Positions 30,195 through 40,349 are shown, counted from the stretch's first letter. The stretch is 64,000 nucleotides of DNA from a virus (IMGVR_UViG_2830161386_000001:64001-128000); one strand, 5' to 3'. The notes: generated by a model from the sequence alone, not told the origin. Numbers and translations: made by a program.

Positions 30195-30926
30195 TCAACC
30201 GCCCGGCGCAAGTGAGATCTGAAACGACCGCTCTCCCTCCCCCCGGTCTACCGCCCGGCTCGCGCTTATCCGGTCGTTAATCGGGCGCTTGAGGTAAGAC
30301 TCGATGAGCGAAAGATCTTTTTCCTTCCGGTCGCGCTTCCGCTTCGCTTTTGCAAGGCGCTTCGCTGCGGTTTCGGCCGTTTGCCGCCCGGGGTTCCTAT
30401 ACTGCTTGACGATGCTTTTGCCCGGCAAAACGGCGCCAAGGGCTTTTGACCCGAGGTTGTATCCCGCCCGGCTCATTTGAGCCCGCGCCTCTGCTACTTC
30501 CTGGGCCGTATCGGCATTGAGGTCTTTCTCGACCGCGTTTCGGTGCATCTCAAACGACTCGCGGGCCGCGCCCGGAAGCGTAAACGGGCCCAGAAGCACG
30601 TCTTTACCCGCTTTCCCGGCCAGGGACGCGGCCTCGGACACCGACTCCGCGACCCCGGCTGGCGCCGCCTCCATGCCCCCGGACGTGGCGGCGTTATAAA
30701 GCGTCCCGGCCGCCCCGCCAAGCGCGTTCATCGCCCCGACCGACGCGGCGGCTTTTCCCGCCCGGATCAGGTGGTCGGGCACGACCCCCATTTCGTACTT
30801 CTGGTGGGGGTAGAGCTCCTCGTCCATCAGCCTCCGCTCCTCCCGCCCGACGTAGTTTCGGAGGTCGCGGACGCCCCAGTTGATCGGCGTCGTTTTTGGA
30901 ACGTGTGCGTTTAGCTCCTCGGGCAT
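30195..30926 (-). CDS. Hypothetical Gly/Ala-rich head-module protein
   Basis: 243 aa; its start overlaps the stop of the protease gene (TAATG). Confidence 0.6.
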   Translation of the reverse strand: MPEELNAHVPKTTPINWGVRDLRNYVGREERRLMDEELYPHQKYEMGVVPDHLIRAGKAAASVGAMNALGGAAGTLYNAATSGGMEAAPAGVAESVSEAASLAGKAGKDVLLGPFTLPGAARESFEMHRNAVEKDLNADTAQEVAEARAQMSRAGYNLGSKALGAVLPGKSIVKQYRNPGRQTAETAAKRLAKAKRKRDRKEKDLSLIESYLKRPINDRISASRAVDRGEGERSFQISLAPGG

Positions 30927-32884
30927 TACGTGTGGCGAAGTGCCGATTGAATTAGCGCGGCGTTCACGTCCGGCGCGTCGTGGCGGGTCGGCTCTTCAAG
31001 CACCCAATCGACCTGCTGGCTCGCGACTTTTTGAAGCCCGGCCATCGACTCCCCGATTCGCCGCATCCGGCGGCTGGCCTGTTTCCGGAGGGCCGACTCC
31101 TTCTGCATCGCGCTCTCGGCGGGGCCGTATACCTGCGTATTTCCGCCCGTGCCCCGAATAAACTGCGTGACCGGAAGGGTCATCATCCCTGCGTCTCGGG
31201 GGCGGCGCCGGTTGCTGCGCCGGGCCCGGCGGGCGGCCAGTTGCCGGCGGGGCCGCCGGCGGCGCACGTCCCGCCGGATGGTCTGCCGCTGGCGCCGGGG
31301 CACGCGGCCTTCGGTCCATTGGCCCTCCGCCAATACGTTGGCAATTGCCTCCAGGACCGAAGCCTGCTCGACTTCCTCTCGCGCCCGCCGGTTCCGATTC
31401 ATTCGTATTCGGCGCCGCTCCTCGGGACTGGCCATCGCGGCGGCGCGCCCAGGGGTAATTTCTTGCCGGTTTCGGACGTACGGGTTCGGCCCGAGGGCCC
31501 CGCTTTTCTCCAGGCGACGCGAAAGGTGAAGCGGGTGGTAGCTCCGCTTGTCCATAAGCCCCTCGTCACTGGCAATTTTCTCGTAGAGGCGGCCGTTGAC
31601 GTGCGGGGGGCCGACCTCCAGTCCGCCCTCCTTCTTGTTTTCCGGCGACAAGACCGACCCGGTTTTCCGAAGCCGCCGGGCCAGCTCCGGCGCCCCTGCT
31701 TTGGTAAGGGCCACGTGCTGAAGCTCAACCGGTCGGAGGGAAATGCCCGCCGCGGCGGCCGTCGACGCGACCGATTCCATCGGGTACCCGGCCACCGACT
31801 CCAGTGTCTCCGCCGGAATCAGGGTTTCGTTTTCCCGGAGCGCCTGAACCGCTTCTTTGATGCGCTCCTCGGTTTCCTCGGGCAGCTCCTCGACGTCGGC
31901 CTGGACCCGCTTTTTGATGTAAGAGGTTTTCCCCTCTTCGTTGTCGGGCGCTTCAGATGCGGGCGCTTCAGATGCGGATTTGCGCCAGCGAAGCGGCTTC
32001 TCGCCCCCGAGTCCGGCCTCCTCCGCCGCGTCGGCCGAGAGTCGGACCTCGTTTTGGCCAGTCGAAGCGGCCTTCGCAAACGCTTCTTTGCTTCCGCCCC
32101 TGGCCGAGGCGCCGCCGTCTTCTAGGTCTCCGGTTGCGGGATTGTTGATTTCGGTGCCGTCCCCGACCGGAAGGCGGCTGGTAGCGACCGCCCGGCTTGT
32201 CGGGTCCGCCCGGTCTTCAACAAACGAGATATCGAAGAACTTCCCCTTCGGGTTGCGGGCGTGGACGATGTGGCCGTTGGGCTTGACCTCCAGCATGTTT
32301 TTCCGGAGGTGGTCGCAGTACTCCGCCCGGCTTGAGGCCTTGTTGCCACATACGCTGCAAGTATCGTAAGCGGCCCGGAAGCCCATGCTTGTTGAGACGG
32401 GCTCGTAGTTTCGGATCTTCTGCGCGATCATCGGCGCTTTGTCCGCGTTGAGGTGGGCAACCAATTCCACCCGGTCCATCTTTGGGTTGAAGAAGCTCTT
32501 TTCGACCGTCCCATAGGCCGGGGAGTCGTCCCGGTTGATGTGATGCTTGTAGGGGCGGGCAAAATGCTCGAAGGACTTGTACATCGGGACTTCCAGAGAG
32601 CCCTCCCCCTCCGGCGGGGTCCCGTAGTCCACGTTCCCGAGCAGGTCCTCCCGGTAAAACCCGTCGCCGTTTTTGTTCGGCCCGATCCGGTCGAACGAGC
32701 TCAAGGCCGTAATCAAGAGGCGCATCGTCCCGTCGCCTGGGCTCGCGGCCTGGTCAAGATACGACCGCACGTCCGGGTGGACCTCGCTTGCGGTTTTGTC
32801 CAGCGAGCCAGAGGCGGGGTGGACCAGCGCCTCTCCCGTCGCGTCCGGGCGGGAGTCGTACTGAACGAGCTTGTCTATAGCCAT
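30926..32884 (-). CDS. Putative prohead (capsid maturation) serine protease with Zn-finger and C-terminal extension
   Basis: GPNKNGDGF, PYKHH (candidate His), VSTSMG (candidate Ser), CSVC...YCDH and FFDISFV..AD fit HK97/assemblin-like maturation proteases. Lies upstream of scaffold and capsid genes. Confidence 0.65.
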   Translation of the reverse strand: MAIDKLVQYDSRPDATGEALVHPASGSLDKTASEVHPDVRSYLDQAASPGDGTMRLLITALSSFDRIGPNKNGDGFYREDLLGNVDYGTPPEGEGSLEVPMYKSFEHFARPYKHHINRDDSPAYGTVEKSFFNPKMDRVELVAHLNADKAPMIAQKIRNYEPVSTSMGFRAAYDTCSVCGNKASSRAEYCDHLRKNMLEVKPNGHIVHARNPKGKFFDISFVEDRADPTSRAVATSRLPVGDGTEINNPATGDLEDGGASARGGSKEAFAKAASTGQNEVRLSADAAEEAGLGGEKPLRWRKSASEAPASEAPDNEEGKTSYIKKRVQADVEELPEETEERIKEAVQALRENETLIPAETLESVAGYPMESVASTAAAAGISLRPVELQHVALTKAGAPELARRLRKTGSVLSPENKKEGGLEVGPPHVNGRLYEKIASDEGLMDKRSYHPLHLSRRLEKSGALGPNPYVRNRQEITPGRAAAMASPEERRRIRMNRNRRAREEVEQASVLEAIANVLAEGQWTEGRVPRRQRQTIRRDVRRRRPRRQLAARRARRSNRRRPRDAGMMTLPVTQFIRGTGGNTQVYGPAESAMQKESALRKQASRRMRRIGESMAGLQKVASQQVDWVLEEPTRHDAPDVNAALIQSALRHT

Positions 32885-32970
32885 CGAACACTAGCGTTGC
32901 AGGTTGCCAGCCGGAAGGCCGGTAAGGCGCCGTTGCGCAAAAGCCTTTCTTCTGTTAAGGCTGTTTTCCG

Positions 32971-35900
32971 TTAGGGCTGAATTGCCTTCGCCGCGTCCAT
33001 CATCGAGCGAGAGCGGTTCCCCGACACGCGCTGCCGCTTCTCTTGCCGCTCAAGCTCGTCTGTTCCCTTTCGCACCGCATCTCGGAGAAGCTCCTGCGGC
33101 TCTCCGGCCGTCAGGTTTTTGTCGATAATCTTCCGAGCCACGACCGGGGTCTTGGTCAGCTGCGGGGCGTGCTCGTGCAGAATCGAAAACGCCTGGCGCC
33201 GAGCGCGCTCGTTTGCCTCCTCCTTCGGGGCGTCTTTTTCAATTCCGTAGCTCTTTCTCTGCCCCTCGTCGCTGATCATATTATCGTCGATCAGCTTCGG
33301 GTCCCGGCCCGGAAGCTCCATCATGCGGTTGTACCGGATGCGCTCCCGGATCGGGTCGATGGCCTTGCTGATCCCGCTTGCCACCGGCCCGGCCGCAAGC
33401 CCGGCGCCGAGAAGTCCCTGCGCGAGAAGGCGGCGGTTGTCTGGATCCCCCAGAGCATCCTTCGCCTTTTGCATCATTCCGGTCCCGTAGACTTTCCCGG
33501 GCGCCGCCGTTTTGCTTAAGGCGTCGGCCTTCTTGTCCATCGCCTTCTTCAAGGCACCGAGGTAGATGGCTTCATCTTCGCTGATCTTGCCCTGGTCGTA
33601 GGCGCGGGCGATTTTTTCACCTGTCTCCGTTTCCGGCGGCAGGTACACCGGGCTTCCCGCCGGCGCAAAGGCGCGGGCAAAGGTCCCGTACGTCGAGGAG
33701 TTTTTCTCCGAGTCGTCCTTCGGCACGCAGTTGGGCACCTTGTTTCCGTCTTTGGTCTTCATGCCCACCTGCTTGTAGCCATCCCAGCAAGGGTCGCTGT
33801 CATCATCGGCCGTCTTGGCGCTCTCCTTCGAGTCGTCTTTCGGGACGCAGTTCGGCACCTTTTTGCCGTTTTTGGTTTTCATCCCGATCTGCTCGTAGCC
33901 GTCCCAGCAGGGATCGCTATCGCTAGAGTCGTCGGCGGTTTTCTCTCCGCAGCCGCAATCGCTGGAGGCTTCTTTTTCTTTCCCCATGTCGTCAACATTG
34001 GCGTGAAGGGCCTTTTGGTGGTCCCGAGCCTCTTCTTTCGTGTCGTGGGGCTCTTCGTTTTGGCGCTCGCCCGTTGACTCTTTCTCAACGTACCAACCGC
34101 CTTCGCCCTGGACGACTTCATACTCGGCAACCTTCCGGAACGCCCCCTCCGCGGCGGCGGCCTTCGCCATGTCCGTCAAGAGGTAGCTGTCGGGAAGATT
34201 GGCCTCTTTCTCAGGCGACACCTCTTTGCCGCACTTCGGGCACTTGCCCTCCTCGGTGATCTCCCCGCCGCAGTGTGGGCAGGTCTTCGCCGCTTCCTTC
34301 TCGGCGGCATCCTCGCCGGAGTCGCCACTCTCCTCAGAACTGTCCTCTTCGGAGCTGCTGTCCGCAGAGCCGCTCTCGCTAGAGCCACTCTCACTAGAAC
34401 CGTTCTCGCTGGAGCTACCCTCCGAAGCGCCCCCACTTTCTTCAGAAGAAGAGGTCCCCTGTGCCCGCTGCATCTCTTGCTGCTTCCGCTGCTGCTTGGC
34501 CCGAAGCATCTTCATCATCAGGATCTTCTTGAGCATCTGGCGGGCCTTCTCGCTTTTGGCCCCGGCCGGGTGCTTGCGCTTTGTGGTCGGGCCTTGTCCG
34601 GCGTGCTGGGCGAGAGCCTTCTGGGGCGGCTCGGCGGTTTTCTCGACCCACCGGAAGCTGCGCGCCGAAGCCTCTTTTTCGGCCGAGGATTCCGCCTGAT
34701 CCTTAGAGGAACTCTCAAAACTCATACTTTCATTCCCTTTGCCCAGGTACACTTCATCAGGGCGCACTTCTCCCTGATCGTTGTATTTATCGTCTACGCT
34801 TTTTCGCCCAGCGATTCCACCACGATAGAAACCGTACCCCGCTCCACCAAGTGCTCCTAGCCCCCCCGCTGCCGCTGCTCCTGCGGCTGCGCCAGGCGCT
34901 CCTCCAATCAGACCACCGGCGGCCCCTCCAGCAGCAGCTCCGGCAGCTGCCCCTCCAAGACCGCCGCCAGCTCCATAGAGCGTACTGTATCCGTATCTAG
35001 ACCCATAATCACCAAGATTACGGCCTATGCTTTCACTTCGAGGGTCCATTGCCGTATTATATACCGGGCCAATGTGACCAGCAACGGGAGCTGCAAACGG
35101 AACAAGAGACCCTCCTATTGTCGCAGCAGCATTTATCTTTCCCTCCTCTTTGGGAGAAGCAGGAGGGCTCTCTGCCGACTTCAAAAACGCGTTTGTCGAC
35201 GCTTGCTTGGTCTCTTTCTGCTTCCGGTTCGACGGGCGGTCCTCATGCATGGCTTTTGCCCGGCCGACCGGGGATCCCGAATCGGTGTACTGAAGCGGTC
35301 GCCCCTCTGGCCCAGGCGTTCGCGGGGCGGGATTGCCAGGCTCTTGGACTCCTTGCTGCATCCTGCGGCCACCACGTCGAGAGCGTGCCTCTTGGGCCAA
35401 GTACCCCCCCATCGGAGAACGAGTAATCTGAATGTCCCGCCGGTTTCCCTCCGGGTATACCGCCTGATACAGACCCTCCCCTTGCCGCCGCACGTCCACC
35501 TCCGACGGCTTCACGCTCTCAGGCGCCAACCGGCTTCCGATGTACCCCCCGCCAACGCCACCAAGCGCGCCACCAGCAAGCATAGCCAAAGGTGCAGCTC
35601 GGCCGCTTCCAATATTACTGCCTGCAAGAGCGCCTCCGGCGGCGCCGGTAAAGCCGCCAATTGCAACGCCGTTTCCGATTGCGTTTCCACGTCGTTGCCC
35701 CCGGCGGTTCCGTGCCACTTGCCGGGCGATAGCCCGCTGGGCCTGCTGCTCGCCCTCCGCTTTTTTGTCAAATGAGCTGTCGCTTCGTCCTGCTGACTTT
35801 AGAAAAGGGTTCATAGATTTGTTTTTAGTTTGCCTGCTAGAGGTACTGCCCTCTACGTTGCTAATCGGTTCGTTTTGTGCTTGCTTGTTGGACGAAAGCT

Positions 35901-37122
35901 CGTATGCTCCCGCCCCTACGCCAAGCGCGCCTCCGGCCATGCCGACGTTCTTGAGGCGCTCGGCCATTCCGGCTCCTCCTTCTTCGGCCGCCTCGGACGC
36001 ACCTTCCTCTGCCGCTTCTGAGCCGCCAGATTGACTGCTTGTCCCAGACGAACTCGTTCCAGATGAGCCGCTTACCGACGATTCGTCAACCAAGTCCTCC
36101 AGCTGCTGGCCCTCCCCCCCGGAGCTAGCTGCTTCGTCTGCCCCGCCAGGAGGAGTTCTGCTCATGCTCGCGTCACTTGTCCTCGGTGCAGTTCTGCCAA
36201 AACCCACCCCCTCTATCGGCTCTACATCTGCATTTCTCATTCGCACCTGCGGCGGCGAGAGGTCAATGCTGCGAGCCGCGTCGCTGAACATGTCTGCGAG
36301 CGAGCCACGCGCCTCTTTGCTCAGTCCCAGCTGGGACTCGGTGTTGGCCTCTTTGTCGCTAACCATAATTGGGCCAAATCCCGGCTGAGAGCTCTCGATG
36401 CGGGTTTTCTCTCCCTCGTCTCGAACGGTAAAGTCTCGGGTCCGGCGCACTCCGTTTGTTGTCCGCCCCATGTCGGCCTCGAAGTCCGTTCCATCTTGGT
36501 TCACGCTCACCTCCTCGGCGCTAACTGCCTGCGGGCTTGCCCGGTCGGCAACGGCACTGCCGCCCAGCGCGCCGAGCGCCCCGCCAGCAAGCGTCGCCGG
36601 GAGGCGGTACCGGTTTGGCACGTGACGAGACGTAAAGCCCAGCCCGGCGCCAATGCCTGCGCCTGACAATACGCCGATTCCCTTGTTTACTTGGCGATTG
36701 GCCTTGTTTTGCGATGCAGCCGATACAGCGACCATGTCCTGCTTCGTGGTTGTGTCATCAGACAAGTCTTTTGGCCCGTCCGCGAGCCCGGCTGCGCTTT
36801 TCAAAAACGCGTTTTTCTCCCCCGAAGCCCTGCCTGAAGAGTCAGCTGAAGACCCAGTTGAAGCGTTGGCTGAAGAGCGAGTTGAACCGCTGGATTCGGC
36901 GCTTGGCTGCGCTGCCGGTCGGGCAGGCGGGGCCGCCCGCACGTTCGGGGTCGCCATTATTTGCTGGCGTTTTGCGTCGGCAAGGCCTTTTTCGTATCCT
37001 TGGCGGTACCCTTCCCGGCGCCCCTGCTCTAGGCCCTCTGCGCCGCCGTACAGGTAGCCCCCACCGCCTGCAAGAAGGCCGGTCCCGCCCGCAATTCCGA
37101 TCGTCTTTGGCATAGATGGCAT
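32971..37122 (-). CDS. Internal-head polyprotein (1383 aa) of K-x-A-delimited modules
   Basis: Many Gly-zipper segments, three N(A/P)FLKSA motifs, a CPHC/CPKC Zn ribbon, two CWDGY...VPNCVP repeats and over 15 K-x-A sites. Confidence 0.65.
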   Translation of the reverse strand: MPSMPKTIGIAGGTGLLAGGGGYLYGGAEGLEQGRREGYRQGYEKGLADAKRQQIMATPNVRAAPPARPAAQPSAESSGSTRSSANASTGSSADSSGRASGEKNAFLKSAAGLADGPKDLSDDTTTKQDMVAVSAASQNKANRQVNKGIGVLSGAGIGAGLGFTSRHVPNRYRLPATLAGGALGALGGSAVADRASPQAVSAEEVSVNQDGTDFEADMGRTTNGVRRTRDFTVRDEGEKTRIESSQPGFGPIMVSDKEANTESQLGLSKEARGSLADMFSDAARSIDLSPPQVRMRNADVEPIEGVGFGRTAPRTSDASMSRTPPGGADEAASSGGEGQQLEDLVDESSVSGSSGTSSSGTSSQSGGSEAAEEGASEAAEEGGAGMAERLKNVGMAGGALGVGAGAYELSSNKQAQNEPISNVEGSTSSRQTKNKSMNPFLKSAGRSDSSFDKKAEGEQQAQRAIARQVARNRRGQRRGNAIGNGVAIGGFTGAAGGALAGSNIGSGRAAPLAMLAGGALGGVGGGYIGSRLAPESVKPSEVDVRRQGEGLYQAVYPEGNRRDIQITRSPMGGYLAQEARSRRGGRRMQQGVQEPGNPAPRTPGPEGRPLQYTDSGSPVGRAKAMHEDRPSNRKQKETKQASTNAFLKSAESPPASPKEEGKINAAATIGGSLVPFAAPVAGHIGPVYNTAMDPRSESIGRNLGDYGSRYGYSTLYGAGGGLGGAAAGAAAGGAAGGLIGGAPGAAAGAAAAGGLGALGGAGYGFYRGGIAGRKSVDDKYNDQGEVRPDEVYLGKGNESMSFESSSKDQAESSAEKEASARSFRWVEKTAEPPQKALAQHAGQGPTTKRKHPAGAKSEKARQMLKKILMMKMLRAKQQRKQQEMQRAQGTSSSEESGGASEGSSSENGSSESGSSESGSADSSSEEDSSEESGDSGEDAAEKEAAKTCPHCGGEITEEGKCPKCGKEVSPEKEANLPDSYLLTDMAKAAAAEGAFRKVAEYEVVQGEGGWYVEKESTGERQNEEPHDTKEEARDHQKALHANVDDMGKEKEASSDCGCGEKTADDSSDSDPCWDGYEQIGMKTKNGKKVPNCVPKDDSKESAKTADDDSDPCWDGYKQVGMKTKDGNKVPNCVPKDDSEKNSSTYGTFARAFAPAGSPVYLPPETETGEKIARAYDQGKISEDEAIYLGALKKAMDKKADALSKTAAPGKVYGTGMMQKAKDALGDPDNRRLLAQGLLGAGLAAGPVASGISKAIDPIRERIRYNRMMELPGRDPKLIDDNMISDEGQRKSYGIEKDAPKEEANERARRQAFSILHEHAPQLTKTPVVARKIIDKNLTAGEPQELLRDAVRKGTDELERQEKRQRVSGNRSRSMMDAAKAIQP
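36325..36336. repeat. Palindrome copy 6 (polyprotein junction)
   Basis: tcagTCCCAGCTGGGActcg; translation DKEANTE-SQLGL-SKEA. Confidence 0.9.
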
Positions 37123-37152
37123 CGTAGAAGTGGTGTTTTTATTGGCGCCTGC

Positions 37153-38253
37153 TTAAAACTGACGCTTTTGCTTCTCCATGTCTTCCTCCTGCTTTCCGGC
37201 AAGCTGCCCGGCGGAGTAGCCCCCAAACCCAAGCTCAATCGTGCGCAAAAAAGGCTTCTCGGCCACGAAATTGCCGACGCCCTCCCCGACGCTTTCCGCG
37301 CCTCGTATTGTGCTTTTTGCCGTTTCCCCCAGGCCTTTCATAAAGTCTACGCCCTTGCTCCCAATGCTTGACATAATGCCGGCCTGCTTCTCGGCGAGGC
37401 CCGGGTGCACGTCGAAATCCGCCCCGCTTAGCGACTCGGCGTTTTCGGCGACCTTCGACGCAAGCCGGAGCGCCGCGGCATCCAGCGAGGCGTTGTCCGC
37501 GAGCTTTTTCAGCTCCGCGGCCTTCTTTCGAAGCGGAGCGTCTTCTGAAATTTTTGTCGGGCTACCCTCCTTTAGGTACTGCCGCTCAAGAGAATAGGGA
37601 CCGTCGTCCGGATATTCGCTTCGAGGAATCATGCCGTCGGCCTCCAGGCGGTTCAAGACGTACTCGATCACGTCTTTCCCGTGGCCTTCCTCCTTCATCG
37701 ACCGGAGCGCCTCTTTCGGGGAGGCGCCCTCGTAGATGCTATTTTTGATCTCCTCGTAGACCTCCTCCCGCTTTTGGCTGAGCTTGACGATGCGCCCTTT
37801 GAGCTGGTCGGCGGCCTGGTGGGCGATTTTTTCCGCGGCGCCCAGAAGGTGGCGGGCGTCCCGCTTCGGGCTCGGGGAGGGCACGTACTCCGCCCCGTAG
37901 ACGCCTGCAATCTTTGAGAACAAGCCGCCGTTTACGACCTCGTCGCTCTCGGGAGCAGCGGTTTTCTCGTGGCCCTCCGCAGGCCGAGGCGCAAACCCGG
38001 CGGTCTTCTCCGCCGCCTCTTTCGACCGGAGAATCTCCTCGGGCTCGGCCATTTCAAACTCGGTATACGCGCTTTCTTTCATCAGCTCCGCGTTGACCGA
38101 CCGGTTCGCGTAGTGGGCAACTCGCTCGATTTGCTGGTCGGTCAGGGACTGATCCGACGCGATTTTCCGAATCGACTCGTTTAAGGGCGTGTCGTCTTTG
38201 AGGTAAGACTCGGCGGCCTCTTTGCCGAGGGACTGAAGCGCCTCTTTGGTCAC
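37153..38253 (-). CDS. Head-module protein (366 aa)
   Basis: GTG start; N-terminal PLNESIRKIA...QIERVAHYAN domain; about ten K-x-A motifs; Gly-rich hydrophobic C-terminus. Confidence 0.6.
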   Translation of the reverse strand: MTKEALQSLGKEAAESYLKDDTPLNESIRKIASDQSLTDQQIERVAHYANRSVNAELMKESAYTEFEMAEPEEILRSKEAAEKTAGFAPRPAEGHEKTAAPESDEVVNGGLFSKIAGVYGAEYVPSPSPKRDARHLLGAAEKIAHQAADQLKGRIVKLSQKREEVYEEIKNSIYEGASPKEALRSMKEEGHGKDVIEYVLNRLEADGMIPRSEYPDDGPYSLERQYLKEGSPTKISEDAPLRKKAAELKKLADNASLDAAALRLASKVAENAESLSGADFDVHPGLAEKQAGIMSSIGSKGVDFMKGLGETAKSTIRGAESVGEGVGNFVAEKPFLRTIELGFGGYSAGQLAGKQEEDMEKQKRQF

Positions 38254-38349
38254 GTTGGTGTAGAAGTTGAGCAGCCCCGATACAGAAGGGGCAGGTCGCT
38301 AGTGGCGTCTGTGTTTAGGGTAGCACATACATTTTCACAGCCAACCCGC

Positions 38350-40035
38350 TTACGCCGGCTCCCGCTCCATGACCGGAAAGACCGAGTTCATCTTCTCCCC
38401 GAAGTCGGTGTCCGACCGGATTTGACCTGCTTGCGGCTGGGCCTCAAACACCTGCCCTCGGAAGAAGCACTGGCCCTCGTGAATCCGGATCAAATCAACG
38501 CTGTGGTCGGTCCCACCCTCCTCGTACTGCACGGCAACGAGCCCCTGCTGCCAGTCCATGCGGTTGCTCACCGCCGGAACCACCCCAGGATCGGTCCGGC
38601 AGAGGCACCCGGCCGTTACCCCGTGAATCGGCTGCTGGTGGTCCCGGAACTGCATCGTCGAGGACTTCATCTCGATCCGGTGGTTATGCCCCTGGATCGT
38701 CGTCACGTTGTGCTTCTCCATTAGATTTCGGCACACTCGCTTTGCGGCGCTCTCCCCGTGGATGCCCTTCACCGCGTCGTTGAGCCACACCTCTCCTTGC
38801 GGGTAAGGGTCGCTTACCTCGTAGCCGAGGTCGTCAAGCTCCAGCATCGTCCGAATCGACATGAGCGGCGGCTCCTCCATGCGCCCGCCGGGGCGGACGT
38901 TGTAGGCCTGGCCGTAGTGGTTGATGAGGGAATTTCGGACCCGGTCCTCGTGGTTTCCGAGCAGGTAGTGCTTCTCGGCGCCGGGATGCTGCTCCCCGAG
39001 GTTTTGAAGCCACCACTTGCCCTCCTGAAGCGCCGGGTTTGTCGTCTCCCGGAACTCCTGGCTCTGGGTGTACTTCTTCGTCCAGTTGGTCATGTCCAGC
39101 CAGTCGCCAAGAACGATAATATCGTCCGGGTCGATGTGGGCCGCGACTTGGAGCATCACGTCCAGGGCCCGCCGGTCGTGAATCGGGGAGTACCGGCCGG
39201 TACGCTGACTGCGCCGAAACCCGATTTGCGGGTCCGGGACGAAGAGGGCAGTTTTTAGCCCGTCGGGGCGCCGTTGCGGCGGGTCTGCTTCGTACTGCTG
39301 GGTCACGCTAATCTCCACCGGGCGCAGCGGCTCGAACTCCACCGGCTTGACCTGTTTCCGCTCCAGCTTGACATGAAAGCTGTGCAGCTGCTGGCTCTCT
39401 TTCCGCTCGACGTAGATCGGCTCCCCGTTGTCTTTAAACTTCAGGATCTCCCGCATTTTCATGCCCTGCTCGTAGCACTTGACGTTCGAGTCGACCCGGC
39501 GCCACTTGTTTTCATCCAGGCCCGCGTAGCCGATCAGGTCGTCAACGGAGGCTATATCCGTGTCGCTCGCCGTAATCGTCGCTTCGTTTCCGCTTACGTC
39601 CACGCCGATCTGCTCCCGGTAGGCGTCGCTTGCTTTTTCTTGGGCCACCACGCGAAGCCGGCTCTCCCCGTCCTCCCGGTGGTAGGAGACGTACCGCTGG
39701 CAGCCCGTGTAAACGTTGTCTGCCTCCTTGGAGAACACCTCCGCCCCGCGCAAAAACTTGTTCAGGCGGTAGGCCTTGTCCGAAGAGATGCCTCGGTCGC
39801 GGCACATCTCCGCCCGGCTGCCGCCGTACTGGCCGTTTTTCACCGCCCGCAGCGCGAGGGCCGACACCGCCTGCACGACGTCTTTGTCCCGCCCGAGGTC
39901 CGAACTTTCGTCGAGGGCAGGAAGGTCTATTCCTTTCCGGCCCGCCTCCGAGAAGAAGACCTCGTAGAAGGAGTTGGGGTCGACGTCCAAAGACAGAATA
40001 TCGAGAACATGGTCGGCGCTAAAGCTAGATCGCAT
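38350..40035 (-). CDS. Calcineurin-like metallophosphoesterase with N-terminal extension
   Basis: Motifs PDPQ, GDWLD, GNHE, IHG and GHNH. Likely start MRSSF at 40035, which avoids overlap with 40071..40349. Confidence 0.8.
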   Translation of the reverse strand: MRSSFSADHVLDILSLDVDPNSFYEVFFSEAGRKGIDLPALDESSDLGRDKDVVQAVSALALRAVKNGQYGGSRAEMCRDRGISSDKAYRLNKFLRGAEVFSKEADNVYTGCQRYVSYHREDGESRLRVVAQEKASDAYREQIGVDVSGNEATITASDTDIASVDDLIGYAGLDENKWRRVDSNVKCYEQGMKMREILKFKDNGEPIYVERKESQQLHSFHVKLERKQVKPVEFEPLRPVEISVTQQYEADPPQRRPDGLKTALFVPDPQIGFRRSQRTGRYSPIHDRRALDVMLQVAAHIDPDDIIVLGDWLDMTNWTKKYTQSQEFRETTNPALQEGKWWLQNLGEQHPGAEKHYLLGNHEDRVRNSLINHYGQAYNVRPGGRMEEPPLMSIRTMLELDDLGYEVSDPYPQGEVWLNDAVKGIHGESAAKRVCRNLMEKHNVTTIQGHNHRIEMKSSTMQFRDHQQPIHGVTAGCLCRTDPGVVPAVSNRMDWQQGLVAVQYEEGGTDHSVDLIRIHEGQCFFRGQVFEAQPQAGQIRSDTDFGEKMNSVFPVMEREPA

Positions 40036-40070
40036 AAGGGAAGTTGTTGGTTGGCCGGTAAGGGGCGGCG

Positions 40071-40349
40071 CTATATCGAGACGCCGGGCGTGATGTCGTC
40101 GCTTCGGTCCTGCCCTCGGGACCGGGCGAAAAGTTTCTCGAAATCCTCTTGGCGAAAGGCTTTGACCTGCCCACTCGGGTAGCGGACGACCCAATCGCCA
40201 GGGTGAACGGTGATTTTGTGCGGGCCCATTTCAATCTCTTCTGAGCTCCCGCTAATTTGCCGCGCCTCCACCTGAACGGGCTTTTGGACGGCAGGGGACC
40301 ACTGGCTCTTCTCCGGGCCATTCCAGTACTGCTCTGCGTCTTGGTCCAT
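40071..40349 (-). CDS. Small phage protein with PGDW motif
   Basis: HPGDWVVR....VKAFRQEDFEKLF pattern, common in phage hypothetical proteins. Confidence 0.6.
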   Translation of the reverse strand: MDQDAEQYWNGPEKSQWSPAVQKPVQVEARQISGSSEEIEMGPHKITVHPGDWVVRYPSGQVKAFRQEDFEKLFARSRGQDRSDDITPGVSI

